In this document: positions 12,145-25,353 of the stretch, piece after piece
How the letters are laid out: every line of letters starts with the position of its first letter
Numbering within the stretch: position 1 is the stretch's first letter
Assembly (NCBI RefSeq): GCF_009914755.1
Contig: NC_060938.1
From: the human T2T-CHM13v2.0 reference genome, Homo sapiens
Length of the DNA stretch: 64,000 nt
Reading direction: 5' to 3' (one strand)
Notes under the pieces: model-generated
What the model was told of the DNA's origin: nothing
Databases searched by the model: none
What the model saw: only the letters and a program-made list of their open reading frames with translations
Position numbers and translations under genes: made by a program

Positions 12145-12738
12145 GAGAAGTTCTGCAGAATGGGCTGAATAGATAACATTGAAGTCACATTAGGGAGAGT
12201 CCATGGTCAAGGAGTTTGCACTTGGTAGGTGTCCAGGCCCAACCCCTGACAGCAGTGCTGTGCCCCTTGCCAAGGTGAGGGGCTTAGGGAAGGGCAGGGC
12301 TGAGCCAGGCCAGTGGGGGGTAGGGTCACTACCCTGTGCTTTCTGGCACAGCTGATAGCACACATGGGAAGTAAAGTAACTCCCCAAAAATAATCAACAC
12401 ATGGGAACACAGAAAACAAGCAGTTCTACCCATTGGTCTTTTTTTTTTTTTTTTTTTTTTTTTGGGACTGACCACAACATGCCTAATGTTTTTGAGGAAA
12501 CCATGCTTCCATCATTCTCCCATTGAGGTTTAACAATTACTTCTCCCTAACTGAAGAAACCCTCATCTCCCCTCTGTTGGCATGAAGCTGCGTGCCCCTG
12601 ATTTGGAAGGCTGTATTTTTCCACCTAACAGTAACAGCGAATGTTTCCTGAGTTCTTCCTGTGTTTCAGTGCCTGTGTCTAAGTGCTTTACACTTAATCT
12701 TCACATCAACCTCCTGAAAAATGTACCATTATTAGCCC

Positions 12739-13008
12739 TTTTTTTTTTTGAGATACAGTCTTGCTCTGTCACCCAGGCTGGAGTACAGTGGCACAATCTC
12801 GGCTCACTGCAACCTCCAGCCCCCAGGTTCAAGTGATTCTCCCAAGTAGCTGGGACTACAGGCACCTGCCACCATGCCCAGCTAATTTTTGTATTTTTAG
12901 TAGAGACGGGCTTTAGCCATGTTGGCCAGACTGGTCTTGAACTCCTGGTCTGCCTGCCTAGGCCTCCCAAAGTGCTGGGATTACAAGCATGAGCCACCAC
13001 GCGCTGCC
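12739..13008 (-). mobile_element. AluS-like SINE with small internal deletions, inserted in a MIR (~12635-13125)
   Basis: A T-run precedes gagatacagtcttgctctgtcacccaggctgg; MIR sequence resumes after it (ttttacagatgaggaaactgaggttcaagg). Confidence 0.9.
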
Positions 13009-13559
13009 TTATTACACCTATTTTACAGATGAGGAAACTGAGGTTCAAGGGAGTTAAATAACTTAAAGTCCACGGTAAGCAATGGAACCAAGACTCTGCT
13101 GTCTCAAAAGTGCACACCTTCCTGCATTGCACTACACACAAGTTCAGCTTGGTTTTCCTGGATTCTTTAGTGGAAGTTATATAGTTATCCCTAATATAAA
13201 TTAATACAGTATTACGTGATTTCCAGTGTGAATATGGTACTAACACCACATTATGCCTAGGTCAGATCCTCTTATAAAATCTTTGACAAATTTTCCAAGT
13301 TTAGTAGCCCACTTATTTCAAGCAAATCCAGGACAAAAGAATACCATAAACTGTACAATTTCTTACTGTGTTTCTATCAACTAGTAAGTTTGGTGGCCAT
13401 TGCTTATATAATAGGATTCACACATCCAAAAAATGAGAGATCAAAGGTGGTCTGTGGCCATATGCCCCTGGGAATGTCAGCAATGACATGACCAAGGCCC
13501 ACCTGGAGGCTGGTGATCAACTCAGCCTGGTCTGTGTCCACTGGTCCTTGAGCATTAAC

Positions 13560-13770
13560 ATTGGCCAGCAAGCACTGAGCGCTTTGTGCCAGGAACTCTT
13601 CTATGGGTTTTGTGTTTATTTAAATTTTCATAACCTTATCAAAGACATACCACCGTCATCTCCATTTACAGATAGAGAAATAACAGTTATTTTTGAAAAG
13701 TCGCATAGCTGGCAAGTGGTGGAGCTGGAATTTGAACCCAGGCATTTTAGCTCCAGGGTCATCCTATACT
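13560..13770 (-). mobile_element. MIR SINE
   Basis: ctccatttacagatagagaaa...agctggcaagtggtggagctggaatttgaacccaggc. Confidence 0.75.
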
Positions 13771-13826
13771 GCTGTGAGGATCCAGGCAGCAGATGTTCCC
13801 AAGGTCCAGCCAAGGGGCAGGCTTTG

Positions 13827-14188
13827 AGATATGGCTTGGCTGTGTCCCCACCCAAATCTCATCTTGAATTGTAGCTCCCATAATCCTCACATGTTGTGGG
13901 AGGGACCTGGTGGAAGATAACTGAATCATGGGGGTGGGTTTTTCCCATGCTCTTCTTGTAATAGTGAATAAGTCTCATGAGAACTAATGGTTTTATAAAT
14001 GGGAGTTTCCCTGCACGTGCTCTCTTTCCTGCCACCATGTTAAGATGTGCCTTTGTTTCTCCACCATCCGCCATGATTATGAGGCCTCCCCAGCCACATG
14101 GAACTGTGAGTCCATTAAACCTCTTTTTCTTTATAAACTACCCAGTCTCGGGTATTTTTTCATAGTAGTATGAAAATGGACTAATACA
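13827..14188 (+). mobile_element. THE1 (B/C/D-like) solo LTR
   Basis: gatatggcttggctgtgtccccacccaaatctc...tgaaaatggactaataca; TATAAA 13994, GTGAGT 14106, ATTAAA 14114. Confidence 0.93.
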
Positions 14189-14825
14189 CTTGGCATACGT
14201 GATATGTAACTATATATACAAGACTGGGTACGCTTTCATCCACTGTAACAGCAAATCGTGGTTGACATGACAGAACCAACTAGCAGCACATAAAGTCACC
14301 CACTAAATGTCACATCAGTGTGCAGGACTGAGCCATGGAATTATTAAAGCCAGACCTACAAGTGGAGTGGGCTCCTTTCAGGTAAGAGCATAAAGGGCTG
14401 AACACTTGCACTGTTAAGTATGATCTATTAAATTTTCTGAAACCTACCGTTTTTGTTGACTCAGTAGATCTAAAGCACAGAGCTGGAGGAATGAGGCCAA
14501 TGTCAGAAGAGAAGGCAGCATGGGAGATACCAGAGATGGGGAGGGCAAGAGGCAGCCCACACTAGCGGGTGGTGTGCAGAGCATGCAAGTCTTGGTGCAA
14601 CTCCTGTCCCGTATTTCACAGAGTTCCAATCAAGTCTGTTTTAAAGCAGAATTCAATCGATGTGTATAAATTATATTTTATTCACAGTAGGCCTAGAAGG
14701 AGCTCCACAGTCTGACCAACTTTATGGTTCATGTATCTAAGGCACATGTTGCAGTGTCTCCTGTTCCCTTTGTAGGAAGGTTTTCAAAGAGCCCCTTGCT
14801 ATTTTTTGTTGCTGTTGTTGTTAAA

Positions 14826-14960
14826 GAGATGGAGTCTTGCTCTGTCACCCAGGCTGGAGTGCTGTGTGGCACGATCATAACTCACTGTGGCCTCAAGCAG
14901 TCCTCCTGCCTCAGCCTCCGCAGTAGCTGGGATTATGGGCACAAGCCACCACACCTGGCG
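14826..14960 (-). mobile_element. Alu monomer (FLAM/FAM or AluJ fragment)
   Basis: gagatggagtcttgctctgtcacccaggctggag...agccaccacacctggc. Confidence 0.8.
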
Positions 14961-16198
14961 TCCATTGCTTTTATCAAGAACTGGAAGGCATCTGGACCAG
15001 TCACCTTTTTCATTATACAAAAAGAGAAGCTTAGAAAGGAACGGCAAAGGGGAAATTGCATGCATGGGGCATTTATTACGGGTAACTCAAATCGTAATTT
15101 ATGATCATAGGTATATACATCTTCACACAATGGGGCAGGTGATACTATCTTAATTTTATTATATAGAGGGAAAAATAAGGTTCAGGGTTACACAGCTGGT
15201 TAATGAACAAGATCTGTGCCCCATCTGAGGTGCTAAGTCTATCCTAGCTAAGCCAATGCTATCCCTTTCTGGACCTGAGGACATAGATGATGCTACTGTG
15301 TGTGCCCTGGATGGCTGTTTGCTCATAGGTTCTTTAGAAATTAACAGTTAAACTGAATGCTGATTTTGTTCTCATATAATTGACATTACTAAAATTTAAA
15401 AGCCTCAAATGTTTGCTACTCAATATTTTATGAATATTTTTATGAAAGAATACATTAGGTTTCTTTTATAGTTACAAGAAACCAGGTTAATTAGATTTGT
15501 ACAATGAAAGAGACTTTAACAAAAGTCTGGCAACTGTGCTGGAGCCAGGGAATCCCTAATGTAACAGACTGTCTCCAACTTTCAGCTCTGCTTTCCAGAA
15601 TGTGGGCATCATTCATTCTCAAGCAAGCTCTCCATACTTGGAGGCCAAGATTCCCCCGTGGCACTAGGATCCCATCTTTCTTCCAGCTCCTTATTCCAGA
15701 GAAAATACTCAACAACCCCAGGAAAAGTCCCTGGACGCATGGGATTGGCCATCTTGAGTCACAAGTCCTTTCCTGATCCAATTACTCCAGATCCTGGGGC
15801 TGCCCCTGATGGGGAGGGAGGGAGGGAGCAGATGGGAAGTTCTCCAAAGGGAGATGGAAAATGCCTGATGTCTCCTCCACAGTGAGAAGCGTCCCTAGGT
15901 GACCTATTAATATTGCACCACAGAAACCTATGCCTCTTAAATAATTTGTGCAAACTTGTAGAATATATTGAAAAGCAAAAGGAAACCAAGTAGAGAAATA
16001 TTTTTTAGTTTCTTGAAAAAGTCACATAAATTAGTGAACCCTTGTGTCCTACAACAGTGATTTTTTAAACTATGGGTCACAACCCTTTAATGAATCCTGA
16101 AATCAATTTAAGGGTCATGACCAGCACTTTTGTTTTTTGAACCAGGGTCAGCACCGTTGCCCAGTCTGGAGAGGGCAAAATCAATTTAAGAGTCATGA

Positions 16199-16474
<276 letters not shown>

Positions 16475-16729
16475 ATGACCAGCACTTTTTAATGAAAATA
16501 TCTGTGTGTAGCACACAGTAGACTTATTTTTGCTTCAATTTACATATCGATGAGTGTGTTCCTTTCCAGGTTCCCTCGTTCATCCACCCTGAATGAAGAC
16601 AGATACTCACCTGGTAATGGCCTGAGATCTGACTGAAGCCTGAGAGGTGACTCAGCCACAAGACACTCAGGGTTCATTAGAATTGTCTAGTCCCAGGTCT
16701 GCTTCCTCCAAGCGGTGAGACCTTGAGGC

Positions 16730-16915
16730 ATTGCAGTAACGCCTCTTGAGTCTTCCTTTTCTCATTTTAAGGACAGGACTAATACCTGTCCTGCCCTGCC
16801 TCATGGGGTTGTAATAATGATCAAATGAAGTGGTGCTCTTGACCAGTGGCAAGAACTTCAGAAATGTGAGTTGTAACAATTTGTATTTGTTAGCAGTAAA
16901 TAAAAGTGCTTGGAA
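16730..16915 (+). mobile_element. MIR SINE
   Basis: ctcattttaaggacaggactaatacctg...ctcatggggttgtaataatgatcaaatga. Confidence 0.6.
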
Positions 16916-19900
16916 CCGGCAGCCTCTGGGGCAATTAAATATAGAAGATAAAACCCATGCCTTTTGGAAACTAGCATTCTTCCACAAATACTGCTTCCAG
17001 ACTACTAAATGGAAGTTGTTTCTGGAAGATGGATAGATTTAAGAATCTTGGCCACGGAGCTCCTTTTTGCATCCCACAGAAAGGGGCTCTGCTCACAAGG
17101 AAGTCTTCCTCCCTAGACTGAGCCTCCCAGAAGCACACCCTGAACAACTCTGCAGAGCTGAGCAGCATACTTCCTGTCCTACAAGTACTGTTTTAGTGAT
17201 ACCTGCTGCCTCCCAGAGAGAAGTGGCAGCATCTCATTGGTGGGGTTGGGGGAATTAGGGAATGCATGTTAATGTGAACCCCAAGAGTGAGTTGATAGCT
17301 GGTGAAGAGGGAGAAGGTAGAGGTGAGGGCCTTTAGGTTGGCCGGCTGGGCTTGCCTTGCAGTCAGTAAAGCCCCCTCATGCAGAGCCATTCATCTCCTG
17401 TTGGGAACGCTGACCTTTTGGTTCAGATGCCTGATATAAACTCACTGATATGGGAGGGGAGGATCTGAATGGGTAGGAAGGAAACAGGGAAAGTTACTAG
17501 GACAGACAGATTCTAAGGCTTCTCTGAAAGGAAGGAAGGAGTTGTGATGTGCTACCGGGGAGGTCCAAGGGAGAAGGGCCTGGGCAGTGTGCACCACTGG
17601 TGAGGGTGTGAAAAATGGGCTGGTGACTGGCCACCAAATGGCTTGGGGAGAAGTGGCTGGAGAGAGGGTCACCTGTGTGGTGGGAGGGATCGGACAAGTG
17701 TTTTTAGATGTTATGAGAATGTCTAAGTTTGACACAAGACACTCCTAAGTTTGCAAAGACAGGATATACAGTCACCTTCCTTCAATATCAGAAACAACAT
17801 GCTGGGGATTAAAAATAAATACTTGGCCAAGAACCTGACCATTTACCAGGTGCATCCATACAGTAAATATCTGAGTGTCTCTTACATGCCTGGCATGTCC
17901 CACTTCACCCACAGGAAGAAGTCCATTTTATAAATGAAGAAACTGGGGCTCAAAGAAGTATGTGAACCTAAGGTTTCAGTCTTCTTAAATCCTGCTTCTT
18001 GATCTCCTCTAATACCATAGCACACTCAAGAAATGAGCATCTTTAATTGTGCTTGGATTGGCAGAATCTGCCTTTAGCTGGAGGAGCAGACGTAATGGCT
18101 TTAATGAGCTACTTAACTACTTTCTAGAGACAACCAAGAGACACTTGAAGAGCCCAGTCTGAGACCTGGTTCCACCTTTCCATCCCTTCTGTGTCCCTGC
18201 CTCCAGCCCCCACCCCCAGGACACATCTGGCAGTGAAGGGACTCCAATTCCTGTTCTAGGGAGTGGCCCCCACTTGTGCTCAAAGTATAATTAAGTGGCT
18301 TAAAAGTAAGTGCAAGGGTCCGGAGAAGGACTTGACTGCATGAGGGAACTTTTAGAGGTTATAGAAATGTTTCTACCATAATTGTGGCATTGGTAACATT
18401 TAACAAAACTCCTTGAATTATATACCAAATTGGTAATTTTTATTGTATGTAAATTATAGTTCAATAAAGCTGATTTTTAAAATACTCAATGTAAATCCTG
18501 ATATGTGCATTCATTGTATGTAAATTCTACATCAGAAAGGAAAAAACTAAACAGTTGTTGAATTCCAGTTAATGATATACATGCTGAAGTATTTAGGGGC
18601 AAGCATATAGATATCTGCAGTTTACTCTGAAATGCATAAAATGTAAGATATATTAATGGACAAGTAGATACATGATCAGGCAAGTAAATAAAAATGTAAT
18701 TGTCCAATCTAAGTGGTCAATTTACAAGCTGCCATTGTAAAATTATTCTTTGATGTGTTTGAAAATGTCATTATACAATGTTGGGGGAAACCAGGTGACT
18801 TCAGGTTTTTGGCAGAGCCAAAGAGTTCCTATTGGACCAATTCTTTAGCAAATAAAAACTGTAAGCTCTGGAAAAAAACCTTCTTTAAAAACCAACTTCT
18901 TAAAGATACTGAAATAGACCAAAAGCAGGCAGATACCGGAGAGGAGTCAGTGGAGGAAGGGCACGGGACTGTGTGAGTTACCTGTTTTTTTACCACCGTT
19001 AGCCTGAGGCCAGGTGTCCGTGCACTGTGCAGGACAGGTAAGCCTCCAGTGTACAATCTACAGTCTCGCTGGCTTGAGGAACCAGAGTAGAGAGTTCAGA
19101 GCATCACAGCCTCTCGAGAGTAAAGGGGGAAATAACAGAAAAGCAAGCCAGAGAGGGGATTCCTAAATTCTGTATATAAACTGCTCAAATCTCTAGCTGA
19201 CCACTGAACTATGCATGCAGAACTAAGGCTGAAAGAACTGAACTAAAAGTTGAACTACTTCCCACTGCAGGGGAAACAGTTTTGTCACTGAGTTCAACCA
19301 AGTTAACTGCATGTTTTAAAATAATTATTTTTCAGAGGAATATAAGAGAATCCTGAGTTTCTACAACACAATGTAAATTATACACTAAATACAATGTCTA
19401 GGATACAATCCAAAATTACTCACTATCTGAATAAACAAAAAAGTATGCCTCATTCTCACGAGAAGAGACAAAGGAGATCAACCCCAAGAAGTTCTAGTCA
19501 AAGCTATTAAAGCAGCTATTAAAACTGTGCAAGAATGTGAAAAAAGTTCCCATGGTAATGGCCGAAAAACTCCCAAATTTGGTGACAGACATAAAGTTAC
19601 AGATTCAAGAAGTTCAGTGAATAATAAGCAGGATTAATACAAAGAAAACCCCATCTAGGTGCATCATAGTCTACTGAAGACCAAACTTAAAGAGAAAATA
19701 TTGAAATCAGCTACAGGAAACTAGGGAGTAATGATTTAAATGACTGCTGACCTCTCTTTAGAAACATTGGAGGCCAGAAGACAGTGCAACATCATCTTTA
19801 ACACGCTGAAAGGAAAAAAAAGTCACCCCAGAGATCTGTATCCAGCAAAAATATATTTCAAGAATGAATACAAAAAAAAACTAATATTTTCAGATAAAAG

Positions 19901-20100
19901 GAAACTAAGAGAATTTGCAGATCTAAATTACAAGAAATGCTAGAGGAAGTTCTTCAGGCTAACGGGAGATTTTACCAGAGGGAAACTCAAATCTTTAAGA
20001 AGGAATAAAAGCCACTGAAAATAGTAAACATCCGAGTAAATACAAAGGATGTCTTCTTTCTCCTCTTTAAACTGTGCATTACTGTTTAAAGTAAACAATA

Positions 20101-20447
<347 letters not shown>

Positions 20448-20786
20448 TCATGGCATAATAGATGCAGGGAAGGGAATAGGAAAGGATCCTATACAGTAAG
20501 CTATCTATATTTTATGCAAAGTGATACCATGTTAGTTAGCTCTTAACTGTGAAACGTTCATCCCTGGAACAACCACTTAATAATGTAGAGATAGAGCTAA
20601 AAAGCCAATAGATAAAAATGTCTGCTCTGAGAAAGACACCATTAAGAGAATAAAAAGACCAGCCACAGACTGGGAGAAAATATTTGCAAAACAGTTATCT
20701 GATAAAGCCCTGTTAACCAAAATATACAAAGAATTTTTACAATTCAACAATAAGAAAACAATGAGATTAAAAGATGGGCCAAACGA

Positions 20787-20995
20787 GGAGTTTGAGACCA
20801 GTCTGGGCAACAAGGAAAAAAAAAAAAAAAAAACTTAGCTGGGCATGGTGGTGCATGCCTGTAGTCCCAGCTACCTGAGAGGCTGAGGCAGAAGGATCAC
20901 TTGAGCCTAGGAGTTCAAGGCTATAGTGAGCTATGATTGTGCCACTAAATTCCAGCCTGGGCAACCGAGCAAGGCTCTGTCCCTTAAAAAGAAAT
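20787..20995 (+). mobile_element. 5'-truncated AluJ-like SINE
   Basis: ggagtttgagaccagtctgggcaac...tccagcctgggcaaccgagcaagg. Confidence 0.85.
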
Positions 20996-22091
20996 AGGCT
21001 AAAGACACCTCACCAAAATATACATGTGGCAAATACACATAGGAAAAGATGCTCCACACATCATATGTCATCAGAGAAGTATAAATTAAGACAATGAGAT
21101 ACCACTACACATTTATTAGAATGGCCAAAATCCAGAACACTGACATCACCAAATGCTGGCAAGGATATCGAGCAACAGCAACTGTCATTTATTGCTCATG
21201 GGAACACAAAATGGTACAGCCACTTTGGAAGACAATTTGGCAGCTTCTTATAAAACTAAATATAGTTGCCATATGATCTAGCAGTTGCACTTCTTAATAT
21301 TTACCCAAAGGAGTTGAAAACTTATGTCCACACAAAAACCTGCACACAGATGTTTATAGCAATTTTATCCATAACTGCCAAAACCTGAAAGCAACCAAGA
21401 TGTTCTTCAATAGGTGAATGGATAAATAAGCAGTGGTACATCCAGATAATTGAATATTATCCAGCGCTCTTAAGAAAATGAGCTATCAAGTCATGAAAAG
21501 GCACAGAGGAAACGTAGATCCACATTGCTAAGTGAGAGGAGCCAATATGAAAAGACTACATACTGTATGATTATACCTATGTGACATTCTGGAAAAGGCA
21601 GAACTTTGGAGACAGTTGAAAGACCAGAGGCTGCAGGAGTGGGGGTGGTAGGATGAACAGGCAGAGCCTAGAGGATTTTTAGGGCAGTGAAGCTACTCTG
21701 TGTGATACTATAATGGTGGATACATGTCATTATACATTTGTCCAAACCCATAGAATGTACAGTACCAAAAGTGCACCCTAATATAAACTATGGACTTTGA
21801 TAATGTGTTAATGTAGATTCGTCAGTTATAACAAATGTACCGCTCTGTTGGGGGAGGCTACGTGTGTGGGGGAGCAGGGGTATTTGGGAAATGTGTACCT
21901 TCCTCTCAATTTTGCTGTGAACTTAAAACTGCTCTGAAAAATACTCTATTAACTAAAAAGACCCAGTTAATCCAAAAGAAGTCAGGAAAGGTGGAACAGA
22001 GAAGCCAAAAATAGTGGGGACAAACAAGACAAATAGTAAGATGGCAGACTTAAGTCCAGTCGTATAAACAACTACATTAAATGTAAATGGT

Positions 22092-22295
22092 CTCTATCTG
22101 CACTAAGACGGCAGCCACAGGCCACGTGCGATACTTGTTAATTGACATTAAATAAAATTTAAAAGTCAGTCTCTTCATTGCAGTAGCCACATTTTAAGTG
22201 CTCAGTAGTGACTCCCATATTTCACTAGTATATTGAAGAGCACAGATATAAAATATTTCCATTATCACGTAAATTCTATTGACCAGCATTGGTCT
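22092..22295. mobile_element. MER3/MER33-like hAT MITE
   Basis: tagccacattttaagtgctcagtag...cacagatataaaatatttccattatcac...ttctattgaccagcattg. Confidence 0.7.
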
Positions 22296-23112
22296 GATCA
22301 ATCATGGAGATTATCAGAACTGATACAAATTCCCCCCAAAAAGACCCAACTGCATGCTGTTCACAGCAAGTCCACTTAAAATACATAAACTACACAGATA
22401 AGTTAAAAGTAAATGGATGGGAAAAGATACCATGCAAATGTCAAGCAAAAGAATGTGGTGACTGGATTAATATCAGATAAAGTAAACTTCAAGGCAAAGG
22501 GTATTACCAGAGATAAAGAGGGACATTTCATATTAATAAAAGGGTCACTACACCAATAAGATACAATAATTATAAATGCATATGTTTAATAACAGCTTAA
22601 AAGTACATGAAACAAAAAGTGACATAAAGGTAGAAATAGATGATTACACAGTTACAGCTGGTGATTTTAAATATTCCTCTCACCAATCAATAGAATAACT
22701 AGATCAAATGTCAGTAAAGATAGATCATAAAAATACCATCAATTACTTTTAACTGACATTTATAGAACACTACAGCCAACAACTGCAGAATACACTTTCT
22801 TTTCAAATGCACATAGTACATTCACTAAAATAGACCATCTGGTTGGACCATTAAATAAGTCTCAACAAATTTAGGAAGATTGAAAACATACTGAATATGG
22901 TTCTCTGAACGCACTGGAAATAAGTTAGAAATAAATAATGTGTCTTTTTTAAACTCCAGATATTTGGAAATTAAGCAACACGCTTCTAAATCATGTGCCC
23001 CCAAAAAAATCAGAAAATAATATGAATAAAATATGAAAATACAACATACCAAAATTTTTAGGATGCAGCTAGCACCAGGCTAACAGGGAAAGGTATAGTT
23101 TAAAAATACTAA

Positions 23113-23445
23113 TGAGAGCCAAGTGAGAGGGGGTCGCTGGAGAAGCTCCAACCAGCCTGCCTACTGAGGTGGAGCTGGAGCCTGGGGAAGTTCACGACCC
23201 TTGCAGCAGGGAGGAGCCCGGCCCCTCCTCTTCTAGTGTGGAACCTGGGATTCAAGCTGCCGGCTGGAAGCGCTCTAGCAGGGACTCTGGCCTAGTAAGA
23301 GTCCCTGCTTCTCCCTTTTCTTCCCTTTCACCCAATAAAGCCCTGCGTTACTCACCCTACAAACCCTCTGCTAACCTAAATTTTCATGGCCGTAGGACGG
23401 ACAAGGACCCCATCTTTAGCTGAACTAAGGAAAAGTCCAGCAACA
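23113..23445 (+). mobile_element. ERV1 solo LTR (MER61-like)
   Basis: TG...CA termini (tgagagcc...gcaaca) with a 4-bp TSD CTAA at 23109-23112 and 23446-23449; internal AATAAA; body gcagggaggagcccggcccctcctcttc...ggaacctgggattcaa. Confidence 0.8.
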
Positions 23446-23712
23446 CTAACATTAGCAAAGAAGAAAGGTCTAAAATCGGTGATCTAAACATCCACCATAA
23501 GAAGCTAGAAAAAGAAGAGTAAACTCAGAAGTAGAGGAATAAAAAGAATAGAGTGGAAACCCCAAGTGCAACATATCCCAGAAATGCAAGATTGGCTTAA
23601 CATTAGAAAGGCAATCAGTGAAATACAACATATTAGCAGAATAAAGGAGAAAACTATATGATCATCACCATAGATGCAGATATGGCATTTAACAAAATTC
23701 AGTACTCATTCA

Positions 23713-24198
<486 letters not shown>

Positions 24199-25232
24199 CT
24201 ATTGAATAATGTACTGAGGCTCTAGCCGTTGCAGACAAGAGGGGGAAAAGATGATAAAGATCAGGAAGAAAAAAGCAAAACTTGTAGATGACATGATTAT
24301 TTACAAAGAAACTCCTAAAGGAATCAACAAAACATGTACAACTGATGACTAAAGTAGCAAGGTTGAAGAATTCAAGTATTTTTGCAACAATCGTGTATTT
24401 TTATGGACTACAGCAAACAATTGAAAAGTAAAATTTTGAAATTCCATTTACAATAACATCAAAAGAATATAAAATACTTTAGAATGAATTTACAAGAGAT
24501 GTGCAAAATCTCCATATGAAAACTTGGTTAAGAAACCCTAAATAAATAGAGGAATATACCTCTTTCATGAATTGTCAAGATGTTCTTCCCAAAATAGATC
24601 CAACACAATCCCAGAAATCAAGATCCCACAGCTTTTTGGAGGAAATTAAGCTGATTCTATGATTTTTTAGTGGAAGTGTAAAAGTTTTATAACATCCAAA
24701 GAATCTTGAAAAAGAAGAACAAAGTTAGAGGACTCAATTATAGTCCCACTAAAGACCTACTATAGAGCTATAAGTATGTAAATCCTGTGGTATTAGCATA
24801 AGGGTGGGCAAATAATGAACAAATTAAATTCCTGAAACTCAGGCATATTTATCTTTTCAACAAATAGCATTGGAATAACTGGAAATCCACCTGGACAAAA
24901 TGACCTTTGACTCTTACCTCATACCATAAGGAAACAAACTTAAATGGATCGTAGACCCAAATATAAAAGTGTGGGGAGACAGAAAACCTATGCAACCTTG
25001 AAGGAGGTAATGATTTCTCAAAGGGCACCAAACATACAGAAAACATATTTAAGAAAATAAATAGGCAAATCAGAGTTAGAAAATATTTGCAAGATATGTA
25101 TCTGAGAAAGTACTCGTATCCTGCATATATAAAGGATCTCTATAATTCAGTAACAGAGAAACTAATTTAAGTGGGCAAAATATTTCAACAGAAAATTCAC
25201 AAGAGAAGGTACACAAGTGGCCAGCAAGCGCA

Positions 25233-25353
25233 TTAGACATCAGGGAAATGCAAATTAAAACCACAGTGAGATATCGCTACATCCACCAGTATTTTTAGAC
25301 ATCAGGGAAATGCAAATTAAAACCACAGTGAGATATTGCTACATCCACCAGTA
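25233..25353. repeat. Tandem duplication (59-bp copies, period 62) within L1
   Basis: ttagacatcagggaaatgcaaattaaaaccacagtgagatat(c/t)gctacatccaccagta at 25233 and 25295. Confidence 0.95.

Noticed and set aside
12439-12463. Isolated ~25-nt poly(T)
   Set aside because: No adjacent retrocopy body or clear TSD; treated as a simple mononucleotide repeat.
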